From Cyanophora paradoxa CCMP329 (lineage: Eukaryota; Plantae; Glaucophyta), in contig QPMI01000150.1 of NCBI GenBank assembly GCA_004431415.1, forward strand, positions 1-64,000: DNA of 64,000 nt, given 5' to 3'. The translations under genes and the position numbers were made by a program. Shown here one piece after another: positions 1 to 13,107 of this stretch. The notes below the pieces were generated by a model that made no database searches, was not told the DNA's origin, and saw only the letters and a list, made by a program, of their open reading frames with translations. Every line of letters begins with the position of its first letter. Position 1 is the first letter of the stretch.

Positions 1-459
1 TACGCTAAGTTGAGCCAACTGATCATGAGTTGAGGAGAGCCATCGATATCGCGCGCAGGCCTACTAGGCTAGGCGCGCGTGCTTTAATTAAAGTTTAGCC
101 GCGCAGAAAGTCGACGAGTGACACAGTGCGACTGGAGTGGGGTTCACGGTCCGCGAGCAAGCTTCCCGTGTACAGCTTCCATTTTATTGCGACTGCTCAT
201 TGCGTCGATCTATGGCTATAGGTAGTTCTGTAAATACCTAAAGGCGTTCTGAACACGCTTCAAGCACAGAAGAGGGCTAAACAAAGACAGATGGCACAGC
301 AGAGCATATGCATGAAACAGGGGCCGTGCATCGGGGACGAGGGGGCGGCTTCCTGGCTCGACTGGGGCGACGAGGGGACAAAAGAAAGGAGCGTGCGAGA
401 GAAAGGAAAGTGGGGCGATCTGGCTACTACTCGTGGGCCTGGTCTAGCTCCATAGCTAA

Positions 460-2509
460 CTAGTACGCGGCGAGGGCCTGGGCCTGGGGCGGGGCGGGGC
501 CGGGCTGGGGCACGGGCGGGAAGGCGATCTGGTCTGAGCGAACGAAATCGGGGAGGACGGTGGGAACCGACGGCTGCGGGATCTCCCGGATGAACGCCAG
601 CGCCTCGCCCACGAAGTACCCGTCCTGCGCGCCCCCTCAGAAAAGGAGTGCGAGAGGGGGGAAAGGAGGGGCGGCTCGCCTCGCGCCAGCCGAGGATCTC
701 GGCGACGGTGTAGGGCCCGTGGACGTCGCCGTCGGCCTGCCACTTGAACTCGAACTTGCGGTTCGGGTGGTCGAAGGGGGGCGGCAGCGCCGGCTGCGAG
801 GGCGAGCGCGGCGGCGAGTCGCCCCGCGAGTCGTTGCTCGAGCCGCTCGCCTGCGAGCCGCCGCTCCCGTTGCTCCCGCTCGTGTCCGTCCCATACGAGC
901 CCGACCGCCTGTGGCCCGACGCGTCCTGCGCCGCCGCCGCGTTGCGCAGCGTCGCCGCCGTCAGCGACCCGTTGTGCAGCGGCTGCGCCGCCTGCTGCTG
1001 CTGCTGCGGCTGCGGCGGCTGCGGCGCCTGCATCTGCACCGGCGGCTGTGCGGGCATCGGAGCGAGGTTGAAGCCAGGGACGCGGGCCTTGTCGCTGATG
1101 GGGACGACGCCGGCCGCCTGCGCGTTGTGCGCCGGCGTGCCTCCGACGCGCGCGCCGTTCTCCTTGCCGCCGAGGGACGGCCGCACGGGCCGCTGCATCG
1201 AGGGCTTCCGGCTGAGCGAGGGGCGGCCGTCGGGGCCGACGGCGCCGTCGTTGCTGTAGTCCTCGAACCCGTGGAGCGACATCTCGTCCCACTCCGTGCC
1301 GGCCTCGCTCGTCGTGTCCACGCCCTCTTCCGCGAGCCCGTCCACCTCCGTCAGCGCGTCCGGCGGCGCGTCCAGCGGGCTCGGGTGCGCGTGCATCCTG
1401 CCTGCCGCCGGGTGCGCCTGGTTCGTCGGGACCTCCCACAAGTGCAGGCGGCCGAAGCGCTGCAGGTGCGCGTCGGCCTCCGCCGCATCGCTGTCCTCCA
1501 GGCGCAGGTTGACCGCTGCGAGCCGGGTCAGGCGGCGGCTCCCCGGATACAACACGGCCGGTTTGCGCACGGTTGGCCATGAGCTCGCGCTTGAATGCCT
1601 CGTCCAGCTCAACTCGCACTTTCTGCGCAAGATCAGACACGTGCGACGGACGGAGCGAAGAGACACGCGGTCGGGCAAGCTGACCATGTGGATCCGGCCG
1701 CAATCCTGCTGGTTGTTGCGAAGCGGGAACCATCCATCCGCCGTGCGGCCCTCGATGGCCACTGCGCAACAGCAGGGTGAGCGCTCGAACGTGCATCGCC
1801 GGGGCACAGCGATCAGCGAATTCGAAGCGGCCGCACGCTTGTCAAAAACGAGAATGACGCTGGCGAAGATCTGCGTGGAGCGGAGGGCTCAGTGCTGTGG
1901 CGGCCGCGCAGGACCAGAAGTCGCCCTTGCGCACCCACTGCTTGTCCTTCACGCCGTTGCACACATCGACGCGGAATCTTGCCTGCCAATGAAATGAGCG
2001 AGCTTGCGCAGACAGAGGCCCAAGCGGCGGGGGGACGCAGTCGGAACGCCGCACCTCCATGTCCTTGGTCACGGGGATAACAAAAGACTCGCCCCACTTC
2101 GGCTGCTTCCGCTTCTTCGTGACAACCTGGATGGATGCAGCGCGTCGGAGGCCGCACCCGAGCGGCGGCGCCGCCCCACTTCGACCCCGCGCGACCTGGC
2201 AGATGCGTACCTTAGTGTGGTAGGAGGCCTTGTCCTCCGGAACACCGGCGAAGCCAAGGCGGACGTAGGCTACACGAGGCGAAAGAGCGGGTCAGCGACG
2301 AAGGGGTCCTAGCTGGCACGCCGGCAGTTAGCGGCACGAGGACGCACGGCAGACGCGGTGAAGGATCGGCATCTTTTTCAGCTGCGCCTCGACAATCTGG
2401 AAGGAACCGGAAGATCAGCGCGAGCGCCAACTCGCCGCAGGTCGCAACGCACATCCACGTAGAGCGTGCCGCTGATGCGGAAGGTCTGCGGGGCGCCGTC
2501 GTGCGCCAT
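460..2509 (-). CDS. Multi-exon protein with N-terminal C2 domain, low-complexity Q/P/S-rich middle and C-terminal GYF-like domain
   Basis: Spliced reading: MAHDGAPQTFRISGTLYVD|IVEAQLKK..PYVRLGF..YHTK|VVTKKRKQPKWGESFVIPV..DGWFPLRNNQQDCGRIHM (C2 pattern). C-terminus has DGDVHGPYTVAEILGWRE|DGYF (GYF pattern, GC-AG intron). TAG at 460-462. Internal exon boundaries are approximate. Confidence 0.7.
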
Positions 2510-3008
2510 CTTTGCTGGTATACGAGCTCAAGTGGTCTTGTGATGCTGCTCCCGCACGGGCCCGGCCCGCTTGTTTATTCCAACACGTGTCGCGACTCGC
2601 GAACGAAGGCACATGTAGCCCCCCTTTCGGAGACGGAATGCGGAATGCTTGCGGTTGCAATTGATATCGATGCGTAACGGCCGCTGCGCGTGACGCAGGC
2701 TCACGCAGCGCGTCGATGCGGCCGCGGGTTGCTTATAATGAAGCTTAAAAGAAGCTTGATCATAAGCTTTACTAGCTGACAGCAGCGGGGCGGGCCGCTC
2801 TCGAATCGTCGGGCGGGCTCGCTCTGGTCTAGATGTAGCGCTAGCGCGCGCTAGCTGTATAGCGCCAGCTTTCGTGCCCAGCACCCGCCGGCGCCGGCGT
2901 GTGTGGTGCTCGTGTCGTACTTCGGTTGTCGGTTAACGTTTAGATAGCACTGGGGAGAAGGCGCAGGGCCAAGAGATCTGGATCGAGCACGGGGGCGCCG
3001 CCGGCCGC

Positions 3009-3186
3009 CTAGGCCCGGTCGTCTCCGGCCTCCCACTCCGCCTCCCCCTCGTCCCCGTCCCCCTCGTCCTCGTCCCCCGCCGACACGGCCGCCCGCCGGA
3101 GCCTGCGCCGCCGCGGGGCCGCCGCCCCGCCCTCAAGCCCTTCCCCGCCCGAGCCCGAGCCGCCCCCTCCGCCGGCTTCGCCAGAG

Positions 3187-3225
<39 letters not shown>

Positions 3226-6200
3226 GCCGCGGCCGTCTCGGGGCGCCGGCGCGGGTGTGGACGTGGGAGACGGCGCCGCGCCCGCCGCAGCGGTCGGCAA
3301 GGCCGGCCGCCGCGGCCTTCAGCAGCCCGTCCTCCACCCGCTCCTCCCACCCTGCAGGGGGCCCCCCGATGAGGACCGGGGCGGGAGCCGCCTCCCCCCG
3401 GTACCGGTCGGAGCGGGACGCACGGCGGCCGTCGCCGGCCCACTCGGGGCTGGAGGCCTGCAGCAGGTCCCGCGTGTCGCTGTCCGTGCCCGCCTGCAGC
3501 GTGAAGAGCCGCCTGCGCGCGCGCGTGAGCGCGGGGCGCGGGGTACGTGGGCGGAGGCGGGAGGGCGGGGCGCGGGCGCGCTTGATGTCGTCGGGGCTGA
3601 AGTGCCGCACGGCGTCGCGCTCGTCCACCACCGCGTCGCTCAGCTCCTGCCCGCCCGGCGAGTCGCGTGAGCTCGGGCGCGCGCGCGTGCTTCGCCGCTC
3701 CGGCGCCGGCGCACGAGCTTGGAGATCTGGCGCTGGAAGATGCGCTCCTCGATGGAGCCGGTGGCGAGGAGGCGGTAGATGTGCACCGGCCGCGCCTGCC
3801 CGTCTGCCGGCCCCGGCCTCGGCCTCGGCGGCGGCCGCGGCACGGCGCGGGTCGCGCACCCCGCCAGACCCGCGCCATCGCCTGCAGGTCGTGCGCCGGG
3901 TTCCTGCGGCGCAGCGCGCGGGCGGCGGTGAGGCGGCGCGGGTGCAGTGCGGCGGAGGCCCCCGCACCAGTCCGGGTCGAACAGGACGAGCCGGCTCCCG
4001 CCGATGAGGTTCAGGCCCACGCCGCCCGCCTTGCTCGAGAGCAGGAACACGGCCGGGCCGGCCGGGGAGTTGAACCTGCGGCGCGGGGGCGTCGGGAGGG
4101 GCGCGGGGCGGCCCCGGCCCCGGGGGGCCGCCGGTTCACCTGTCCACGAGGTCCTGCCGCTTCGCAACGTCCGTGGAGCCGTCCAGCCGCGCGAAGCTGT
4201 ACCCGGCCCCCGCCACCGCCGCCTGCGGGGCGGCGCGTCGGCGAGCCGCTCGGCAGGGGATGCGGCGTTTCAGCGCACCTGGATGACGTCCAGGGTCCGA
4301 GTGAAGTTTGAGACGATTACGAGTTTCTCCGGCTGAGGCTGGGCCCGGGCCTGCGGGGGTACAAGCGTCGGCGGGCGCGGGGGGCGGGTTCGGGGGGGTA
4401 CACGCGCGTGCGCGAGGAGAGCCTCCAGGACGTCCAGCTTGCCTGCGAGCGCAAAGCTAGGACGCGTGCGCCGCGGCGAAAGGGGCCGTGCGCGGGTCCG
4501 AACCCGAGATCCCCGGCTGGTGGGCCGCCGACGGGTCGTACCCCTCCTCCTCGAAGATGCCGCCTGCGTCTGCGGCGGGGCTCGCGGCGGGGCGCGAACG
4601 ACGGAGCGGGTTACGCTAATCACCGGCGAAGCCAGAGGCGGACCCGCCGCTCCCCTCCTCGCCCTCCTCCCGTGCATCCACGTCGCCGTGCCTGCGCTCG
4701 CGTACCCCCTGTGGGGCGGCGGCGGGTAGAGCGCGCTGGGTCGCGGTCGGGCTCACACGAGCCGCGGGCTGTTGCACAGCTTCCGGAGCGCGTTGATGTA
4801 CGTGAGGACCTGCGGGGCGGTCCGCGGAGCGTGCCGCGTGCGGGGCGAAGGGGGTACGGCGATTCGCACCTCGGCGTAGCGGCCTGGCGTGAGGCCGCGT
4901 ACGGCGCGCGAGGAGAGGAAGTGGCGGTAGAGGCGTTCCTGGAGCCTGTACCCTCCCCGCCTCGGAGAGAGCGGGGGCAGGGCGCGGGCAGGGCGCGGAG
5001 CGCACGGGGAGAGACGGCAGAAGACGGTGTGCTCGTGCCTGGGGGGCAGGTAGCGCTGCCGCGGGGTGAGTGTGGCGGCCGCGCGGGGGCCCCGGGCCAG
5101 AGGAGCGGGGCGAGCAAGCCTGGAGGGTCTGCGCGGTGCGGCGGAGGAGGAAGGCGGCGGTGGTGCGGCCCAGCTGCGCCGTGCGCTCCTCCGCTGCCGG
5201 GCGTCAGGCGGGGCAAGGGGGCGGCGGTGGAGGCTGGGGTAGGGGGCACGCGCCGATGGCCTGCTCCTCGGGGCTGGCGCCGGGGTCCCGGCCCCGCTTG
5301 ATCGCGTCCGCGAAGCAGCGCTTGAAGGACGCGAGCGAGCCGAGGGCCCCCGGGCAGCAAAAGGAGAGCATCGCGTAGTACTCGTCGAGGGCATTCTGGA
5401 TGGGGGTACTGCAGAGGGGAGGGGGCGGGAGTCAGAGAAAGAAGGCAAACGGATATGATCATGTACCCCGAGAGGATGACGCGGCGCGGGGTGGGTATCC
5501 CCGCGAGGGCGGCGGTCGTGTCGTTGCCGGCCGCGTTCTTGAGGCGGTGCCTGCGGCGAGAATCTGAGGCCGCACGCCCGTACCCCGCCCGGCGTCGAAG
5601 GACGCCGCACCCCTCGTCGCAGACGAGGAGGCCGATGGACTTGAGGCCGTTGATCCGGTCCCGGTGCTTCTTGTAGAGCTGCGGTGGGTCGCTCGGACCG
5701 GGGCGGGGGCGGGGGCGGGGGCGGGGGCGGGAGTGGGGGGTACGGCGCGCCTCGTAGGAGATGAGGAGGAGGGGGCGGTGCTGCGCCAGCTCGAACTCCT
5801 TGAGTAGGTCCGAGGCCTGCGGGGCTTGAGGAGGGAGCCCGATGGGGGGAGCGCCGGCTCCGGGGCCGGAGGAGGGGCGTGGACCTTGGCGTCAGGGGAC
5901 GAGGCGGCGACGACGGGGTGCAGCCGCTCGTTCCCCAGCCAGCGCTTCACCTGCCGCCACCTCGCCACCCGAGGCGAGGCCGGGCCGGCGCACCGCGCGG
6001 GCTCACCTCCTTGGCCCAGTTCTGGACGAGGGAGGCGGGGGCTACCACGACCGCCTTCTTCGCAAGCGGCGTACCCCGGGGACTGGGGAAACCGAAATCA
6101 AACGGGAAGGGCGCGACGGGCGACTGGCGGCGGGAGGGGTACCCCTGCTTCAGCAGCGTCCAGATGAGCGCGATCGCCTGGTGCGCGCGCGGGTCAGGGG

Positions 6201-7539
6201 GAGGGGGCCGGAAGGGAGGGCCCAGGGAGGGGGTACGTCACCTGCAGGGTCTTTCCCAGGCCCATCTGCGCTCCGTTCATTAGCTGGACGCGCATCTGCC
6301 TGAGCGAGGGGGTACACGAGCCTCGTCGGCGAGGATGCAGCCGGAGGGCTCGCCAGTCCTCCGACCCGTGACGCAGTCGTACAGGAACTGCACCCCTGCG
6401 CGCGGCGACTCACGGGGATACCGGCGCGGATGGGTCGGGGGCACGCGCCCTCCCGCTGGTGCGGGCGGAGATGATTGGAGAGGATGGGGTCGACGACCAC
6501 GGGCGTGGCGCTGGGGTGGGGTCAGCGACGGTGCCGGGGGTACCTGGAAGCGACGCACGGTGGGCCCGGGCCGGCCAGCTCCGAAGAGTTGAGCACAAGG
6601 GCGTTGGGGGCGGAGGGGTCGTGGCGCGGAGGCGCGGCGGAGGACGAGGACGAGGGACCCCGAGCTGCCGCAGGCGCCGCGGCTCGGGCAGATGGCTTCG
6701 CCGCCGGCGGCTTGAATTGCGAGTGCTTCTCCGGCTGAGCGCGTGGCGGCGCGTTACCTGCGGACCGTCACGCGAGCGAATGGGCTCCAGCGAGACGGCG
6801 GGCGGCGCGCCTGCGGAGGAGGACGAGGAAGCATCGCCGCACGCGACGTTTAGGAAGACGGCGCCAGAAATGAACCGCTCGTCTTCGATGCGGGAGATGA
6901 TCTCGCACTCCTTGCGGCCGACGCGCCACGTCTGACCGTCGCTCAGCGCTGGCGCCCGCCCCAGCTGCTTCGCGAGGCTCTTGCCCTCCATGGAGAGGAT
7001 TTCGCTTGTGTTGCTTGAGCAAACCAAAATGCCATCCTGCGCAGTCACGTTTGAAAAGCGCGCGCGCCCCCGCTGGCCGAGCAGCGGGCCTGGGCACCTC
7101 CCTGCACGCGCTGCCTTCAGAGGAGCTACTAAATTGCAGACAACAAGAGACGCACCACGACTTGTGCTTCTTCGTGGGCGGGTCGGACGTCCACATGACC
7201 TGCGGTCCGCGATTCAATTCGGTGCGCTGCGCGTACGCGCTGCAGAGCTAAGCGCCGCACGGAATAGTAGCGCTTTGCGTCTTCTGCGCGTTGCGTGGAA
7301 TTCTGCGGCGCGGCAGCTGCAGGTTTGCTATTCGCGGGCTTCACGACCAAAGGTTTGAACTTCTTCGCAGCCGGCGCCTTGACAGGGTCTTCTGCATCTT
7401 TCTGGCAGCATTCCGCATCATCCACATGTGCTGTGGCGGCGGGCGCGTGTTTGATCTCTGGCGAGGCGTTCTCCTTGCCCTGCTGCTCGCTAAGGCGCTT
7501 TTGCTTGAGCAGCACCGACGGCACTAGCGACTTTCGCAT
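3009..7539 (-). CDS. RAD54B: RAD54B/Rdh54-type SNF2-family DNA translocase (multi-exon)
   Basis: N-terminal MRKSLVPS and KKHKSW..DGILV (RAD54B-type). Helicase motifs [25 protein letters not shown]|[12 protein letters not shown]|[54 protein letters not shown]. Confidence 0.92.
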
Positions 7540-8108
7540 GGATCGGCGCCGGCCGGGACGTCGACGTCGCCCGCTTCGCCCAAATTCGATCGCCCTAGCG
7601 TACCCAGGACGAAATTCCTCCCCCACAAGTTTATTCCACTGGCTTTAATCGAAGCCGGTGCATGCGCTCTAGCTGGCCTCTAGATTTCATCGTCGAGCCA
7701 CGTCGACGTACGTCGGCCCGGCGTCAAATTATCGTCGAGTCAGTGACGTCGATCAGGGCGAGTTTGCAACGCAAATCCACCCTTTGACTTTTCCGGAAAG
7801 TTCATTTGCCAGCATCGGACGCTGCCAATTGGCCACGTCCGCGGCCTGCGGGGCCGGGGCCGCCGGGCCCGATCAAGCCCGCCGCGGCTTAAAGCCTGGA
7901 CCCGAGCCCCGGCCGGCTTTCGATCCAGCCGGCCTGGCAACGCCCGGTTTCGATCGCATCAACAGCGCGCGCTCAGCGCGTCGCATCACTGGCAAGGACC
8001 CAGCTTTCCTGGGCGGGTAGACGTCAGAAGCGTACGTAGGTGTGATCATAAGCTGGGAGCGCGCGTGCGAGGTGCTAGTAGCTAGCGGCGAGCGCAGCGC
8101 GTCGCGGA

Positions 8109-11100
8109 ATGCAGCCGCCCACGCACCCGATCGTCTTCTCCGCGGACGACGGGCGGGCCATTCCTCTCACCGGCAGCAGTGAGAGCAGTGCCAGCGACAA
8201 AGATGTCGTTGTGCATCTCAAGAACCCGGACGACTCGGACCGGCGCGGGTCGCTCATCGTGTCACACCCTCTCCAGGCGCGCCCCCCTCGCTGCTGCGCC
8301 CCGCTTCGGTGCCGCTTCTTACCGTATCGGCTCCAGGTCGTCTTTAAGAACCTCTCTTACACAGTGCGAGTAAAGCAGAAGGGGACAAAGGGCAAGGTGC
8401 GTCATCGCTGCTGCCTGGGTGGCTTGAGCTTCGGGTGGCGTTCTCGTGTGAGCTCCAGCGTAGGTTGACAAGCCCATTCTGAAAGGCTGCAATGGCGTAT
8501 TCCAGCCGGGGCGCTTCTGCGGGATCCTCGGTAGCCGCGCGAGCCCAGAACGCCGCTAGCGCCGCGGGCCCTGACGCTGCACCCCGTTCAGGCGCGTCGG
8601 GCGCGGGGAAAACAACACTGTGCGCACCGCGCTTCCCGCTCTTTGCGCGCAATATCTCGAGGCTAACGCGCCTACGCCCTGCTCCCGTTCGCCGATCCCA
8701 GGCTCAAGTGCGCTCTGCCCGCCCCTGCCCGAGCGCGGCCGCCGCTGACGCTGGCCGGGGGCAGCCTGCTGGCGGGCCAAGCGACGGTGGGGCGCTCGGA
8801 GGGATCGATCCTGGTCAACGGCGAGCCGGCGAACGCGTCGCTCATGCGGAAGGTCTCGGGCTTCGTGTTCCAGGACGATGTCATCCTCGAGACCATGACG
8901 GGTGCCGCGCCCTGCTTGCCGCGCGTCTCTCGATTCCCTCTCGCCTCTGAACTGTACTTTCCTCATCCCCTTGCAGTCAGGGAAGCTCTCACGGTCCGGC
9001 CCGCCGCCCCCTCCTTTCCTAGACTGCCCCGCAGATACCCCTGCAGATGTCGGCATTGCTAAGGCTGCCCCCCGAGATGGCGCGGGAAGCAAAGCTGTAC
9101 GCCCCCAACCCCGCTGCCCTGTCGCCCCTACCGACCCCGCCGGTCTTTTTCCCCGCAGGGCGCGGGTCACTGAGATTATCTCCGTCCTGCACCTAGAACA
9201 CGTGCGCTCGAATCGCGCCGGGTCCCTTTCCGCCCGCCACGGCTGACGCGGTCCGCAGGCGTCAGACACTGTGAGGGCGGCTCCCGCGGGGCGCGGCGGG
9301 CTCGACCGTGACGCGATCCGCAGATCGTGGGCTCGAGTACGAACAAGGGCATTTCGGGGGGCGAGCGCAAGCGCGCCGCGTGCGGGATGGAGGCGCGAAC
9401 TCCCCAGCTGCCCCGCCCCCCTCCCTTCCGGGGGCTCACGTACCCCCCCAGATGATCGTGAACCCCGGAATCCTCTTTCTCGACGAGCCCACCAGCGGTC
9501 TCGGTGCGCGCGCTCAGCCCGGGCCCGGCCGGCGCACGTCGCGTACCCCCCTCACCCCCCGCAGACACGTTCACGGCGACTGCAATCGTCGAGACGCTCA
9601 AGGGTGCGGATCCGGCGGAGCCCCCTTCCGCCCCGCCCCGCCCCGCCGCTCGGCCGACCCGGGCCGCCCCCCTGCAGGCCTCGCCGCCTCGGGCCGCACT
9701 GTCGCCGCCACGCTGCACCAGCCCTCCTCCGAGATCTTCCACATGTCCGCCCGCCCCCGCCTCCACCCCGGCTCGGACGTATTTCCCTTAGCCTTCCCCC
9801 ACCCGCCCCCTACCAGGTTCGACGACCTGTGCCTGATGGCGAGCGGGCGGATCATGTACTTTGGCCCCGTGGAGGAGTCCGTGCCCTACTTCGCGGCCCT
9901 GGGGTACCCCTGCCCCACCTACACCAACCCGTGCGCCGCCGCCCCGCTTTCCTGGCGCCGCCCCCCTTCCCCTTCCTGACGCGGGGCTCCCCTGTTGCAC
10001 AGGGCGGACCACTTTTTCGTGCGCCGCGCGCCGTGGGCGGCCTGCGCGGCTCCTCGCCCGGACTCGAGCCCGCCCCGCAGATGAAGATCCTGAACACGCA
10101 CCGGCACACGCTGCCGTCGGGGGTGCGTCGGAGGAGGGAGCGGGGGCGCGGGGCGCGGGGCGCGGGGCGAGCGGGGGCGGGGGCGCAGAAGCAGGTGGAG
10201 GGGACGGAGGCGGTGCCGCTGGCGTCGGAGCGCATCGAGGGCCTCCTCGGCGAGTGGCCCCAGTCCCGCCTCGGCGCCGCCATGGCCCACGCGGTGCGCC
10301 CCGCGGGAGGCGGGAGGCGGGCGGGGCGCCCCGCGCGGGGCCGACGGGGGCGGCGGGGCTGGCCGGGGGCAGGTGGAGAGGCCGGCGTCGGGCGGCGTGC
10401 ACGAGGCGCAGCTGCAGCGGCGGGCGCGCCTCGTCACCCAGTTCGAGGTCCTCACCAAGCGCAGTGCGCCCGCCCCGCCCCGCCCCGCCCCCCCGCCCCT
10501 CCCCGCCTCTCCGCGCCCTCGCCGACCGGCTGGGCAGCGTTGAAGAACGTTTTCCGGAACCGCCTCATCCTGCGCGCCAAGTTCGGCCAGATGGCGCGCC
10601 GGCCCCCGTCCTCCTCTTCCCCTCGCCCCCGCCTGAACCCCCCCGCAGCTGTTCATGGCGCTCCTGTGCGGGCTCATCTACCTGCGCGTGGGGACGGACC
10701 AGTACTCCATACAGAACCGCAACGGGGCCATGTTCTTCATGTGCGAACGAAGCGCCCGCGCGGCCCCGCGCGGCCCCGCGCGGCCCGGGCCGCCCCGTGA
10801 CGGCGCGGCCCGTGCCCCGGGCCGCTGCAGAGCGGTGAACAACGTGATGAGCGCGGCGATGGGCGTCCTCTCCGTCTTCGGCGCCGAGAAGGTCCGGTCC
10901 CGCCCCCTCCCTTTCCCCTCCCTTCTCCCTTCCCCGCTCACGCGCCCTTCGCCCCCCCCCCCGCCCCCCGCCCGCGCGAAGATCGTCTTCCGGAGGGAGC
11001 ACTCGCAGGGGATGTGCGCTGCGCCTCTCCGCGCTTTCCGCGCCCCGCCTCCCGTCCCCTCCCCCTCTGATCCCGTACCCCCAGGTACAACACGACGGCG

Positions 11101-12204
11101 TTCTTCTTGTCGAAGATCTTCGTGGAGGCGCCCTTCCAGGTACCCCCGCTTATCTCCCACCCCCCTCTCTCCCCTCCCCACTCCCCCCCCACCCTCCCCC
11201 CCCCCCCACCCCGCTCCCCCCCTCCCCCGGGGGTCTGATCGGCCATCACCCGCCGCAGATCCTCCTACCCTGGCTCTACTCGCTCATCATCTGTCCGCCC
11301 CGCCCCCGCCCCCCGCCGCCCCCCGCCGCCTCCTCTTCCTGACGGGCGCGGGGCGGGCAGACTGGATGATCGGGTTCCAGAACACGGCGGAGAAGTACTT
11401 CATCTTCGCCGCCGTCGTCATCCTCATGACAAACTGGTGCCCGCCCCCCTGCGTGGCCCTTGCGGCGGGGCCGGGGGGTTCGTCGGCCGGCGCCCCCTGA
11501 CCTCCGCCCCCCGCAGCGGCTACGCCCTCGGCATCTTCATCGCGGCGCTCTGCCCCGAGCTCGAGGCGCGCGCCGCCCTACCCCCGCGCATCCACCCGGA
11601 GCCGCCCTCTCATCGCCCCCCGCAGGTCGCCCTCGTCATCGCCCCCGTCCTCATCCTCCCCCTCATGATCTTCTCCGGCTTCTTCGTCGTGCGCTGTACC
11701 CCCCACGACCCGCCGGGGGTACCGGGCGCCGACGGGGCGGGGCAGAACAACGGGGGCATCCCCGTCTACTTCGACTGGATCAAGTACATAAGCCCGATGA
11801 AGTATGGCTTCGAGGCGCTCGTGAAGAACGAGTACGGCGGCCTGTACCCCCTCACCTGCGACCCCGGAAAGGTGCCGCGGCCCCTCCCCCTCCGCCTCGC
11901 CCCCGCCTCCGCCCTCGCGGCGGGCCTCGCTGACCGCGCGCCGCGTCCCCGCAGGGCCCCTGCATGCTCCGGCTCGACAAGCAGGGGTACGGCCGGGGGG
12001 ACGACGTCATCACCGCCCTCGGCATGGCGAACGACGTGCGCCGCGCCCGCGTACCCGGGGCCCCCTCTCCCCTGAAGCGCGCGGGGGCGGGGGCAGAACA
12101 TCGAGATCTGGGCGTGTCTGCTCGTCCTCCTCTGCATCTTCCTCGCCCTCCTCCTCTTCGCCTACCTCTCCCTCGTCCGCGTCGTCCGCAAGAACAAGCT
12201 CTGA
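8109..12204 (+). CDS. ABCG (White-family) half-size ABC transporter, NBD-TMD order, multi-exon
   Basis: Walker A GASGAGKTTL, SGFVFQDDVILETMT, signature ISGGERKR, ILFLDEPTSGLD, TLHQPSSEIFH, QNRNGAMFF, WIKYISPMKYGFEALVKNEY. TGA at 12202-12204. Confidence 0.95.
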
Positions 12205-13107
12205 CGCCCCCGCGCCCGCCGGCCCCGCCCCGCGTCCCCCCGCTTTTTCCGCTAGTGCCTCAACCATAGTATCTCCTATACCTTAGCTGTGCTCGATATG
12301 CTGTGTTCTGTCGTCTAGCTGCGCGCTTGCGTATTGTTTTATGGAGTGATGTGGTCACTCCTTCTATTCTTTCATCCTCATTTTCATTCAGTTCAGTATG
12401 TAAATACCTCACCGTGCCCCGTAACCGCGAGTTCCGTACGTGTATAAATGAGCGAGGCCGCTCTATTGCTCGAATTGCACTGCAGTCGCGGGACTGCCAG
12501 GCTCGAGCTCAGGCTACAGCAAGCGCTGCCAGACTCGCTGTTCCGAAGTTCCCTTTAATTTGCGCCCCGCAGCCCGGGGCCCTGCAGCTGCCCCAATTCC
12601 CCCCTGCGGCTGCCGCGGACTCCGGGAGCTGGCCATGGGCCACTAGCTGTAGCTCGCCTACGCCTCGCCGACACTATATAGCTAGTAATATATAAGGGAG
12701 GGGGGGGGGGGGGGGGGGGGGGGGGTCACCGAGTCTGTTTAATTTCGAATTCGGATTCAGCGCTAGCCTGATTTAAATTAGGAAAGCCTGTTTAGAAATC
12801 AGGCTGGAGTCAGGCTGATCATCAGGCTAAGAGCCAAACCGACATCAAAAGAAGCTTAAGAGATCTAAACAGAGATCTATATATATATAGCTACAGCTAT
12901 AGATCTTTTTTTGTTGTCGAGGAGGGATATCGATATCGCGTCCCTTCGGTTTTTTTCGCCAACGTTAACTGGCAAAACCACCACTTTAGCAGCTGTTAAA
13001 AGTTTACCGGTAGTAGGCTAGTAGCTACTGTAGCTAGTACGTAGGTCAGCCTTCGCAGGGTTTTTCAAATTTGTATGGCGGACCCGGGAGACGGGACTAC
13101 TGTAGTA

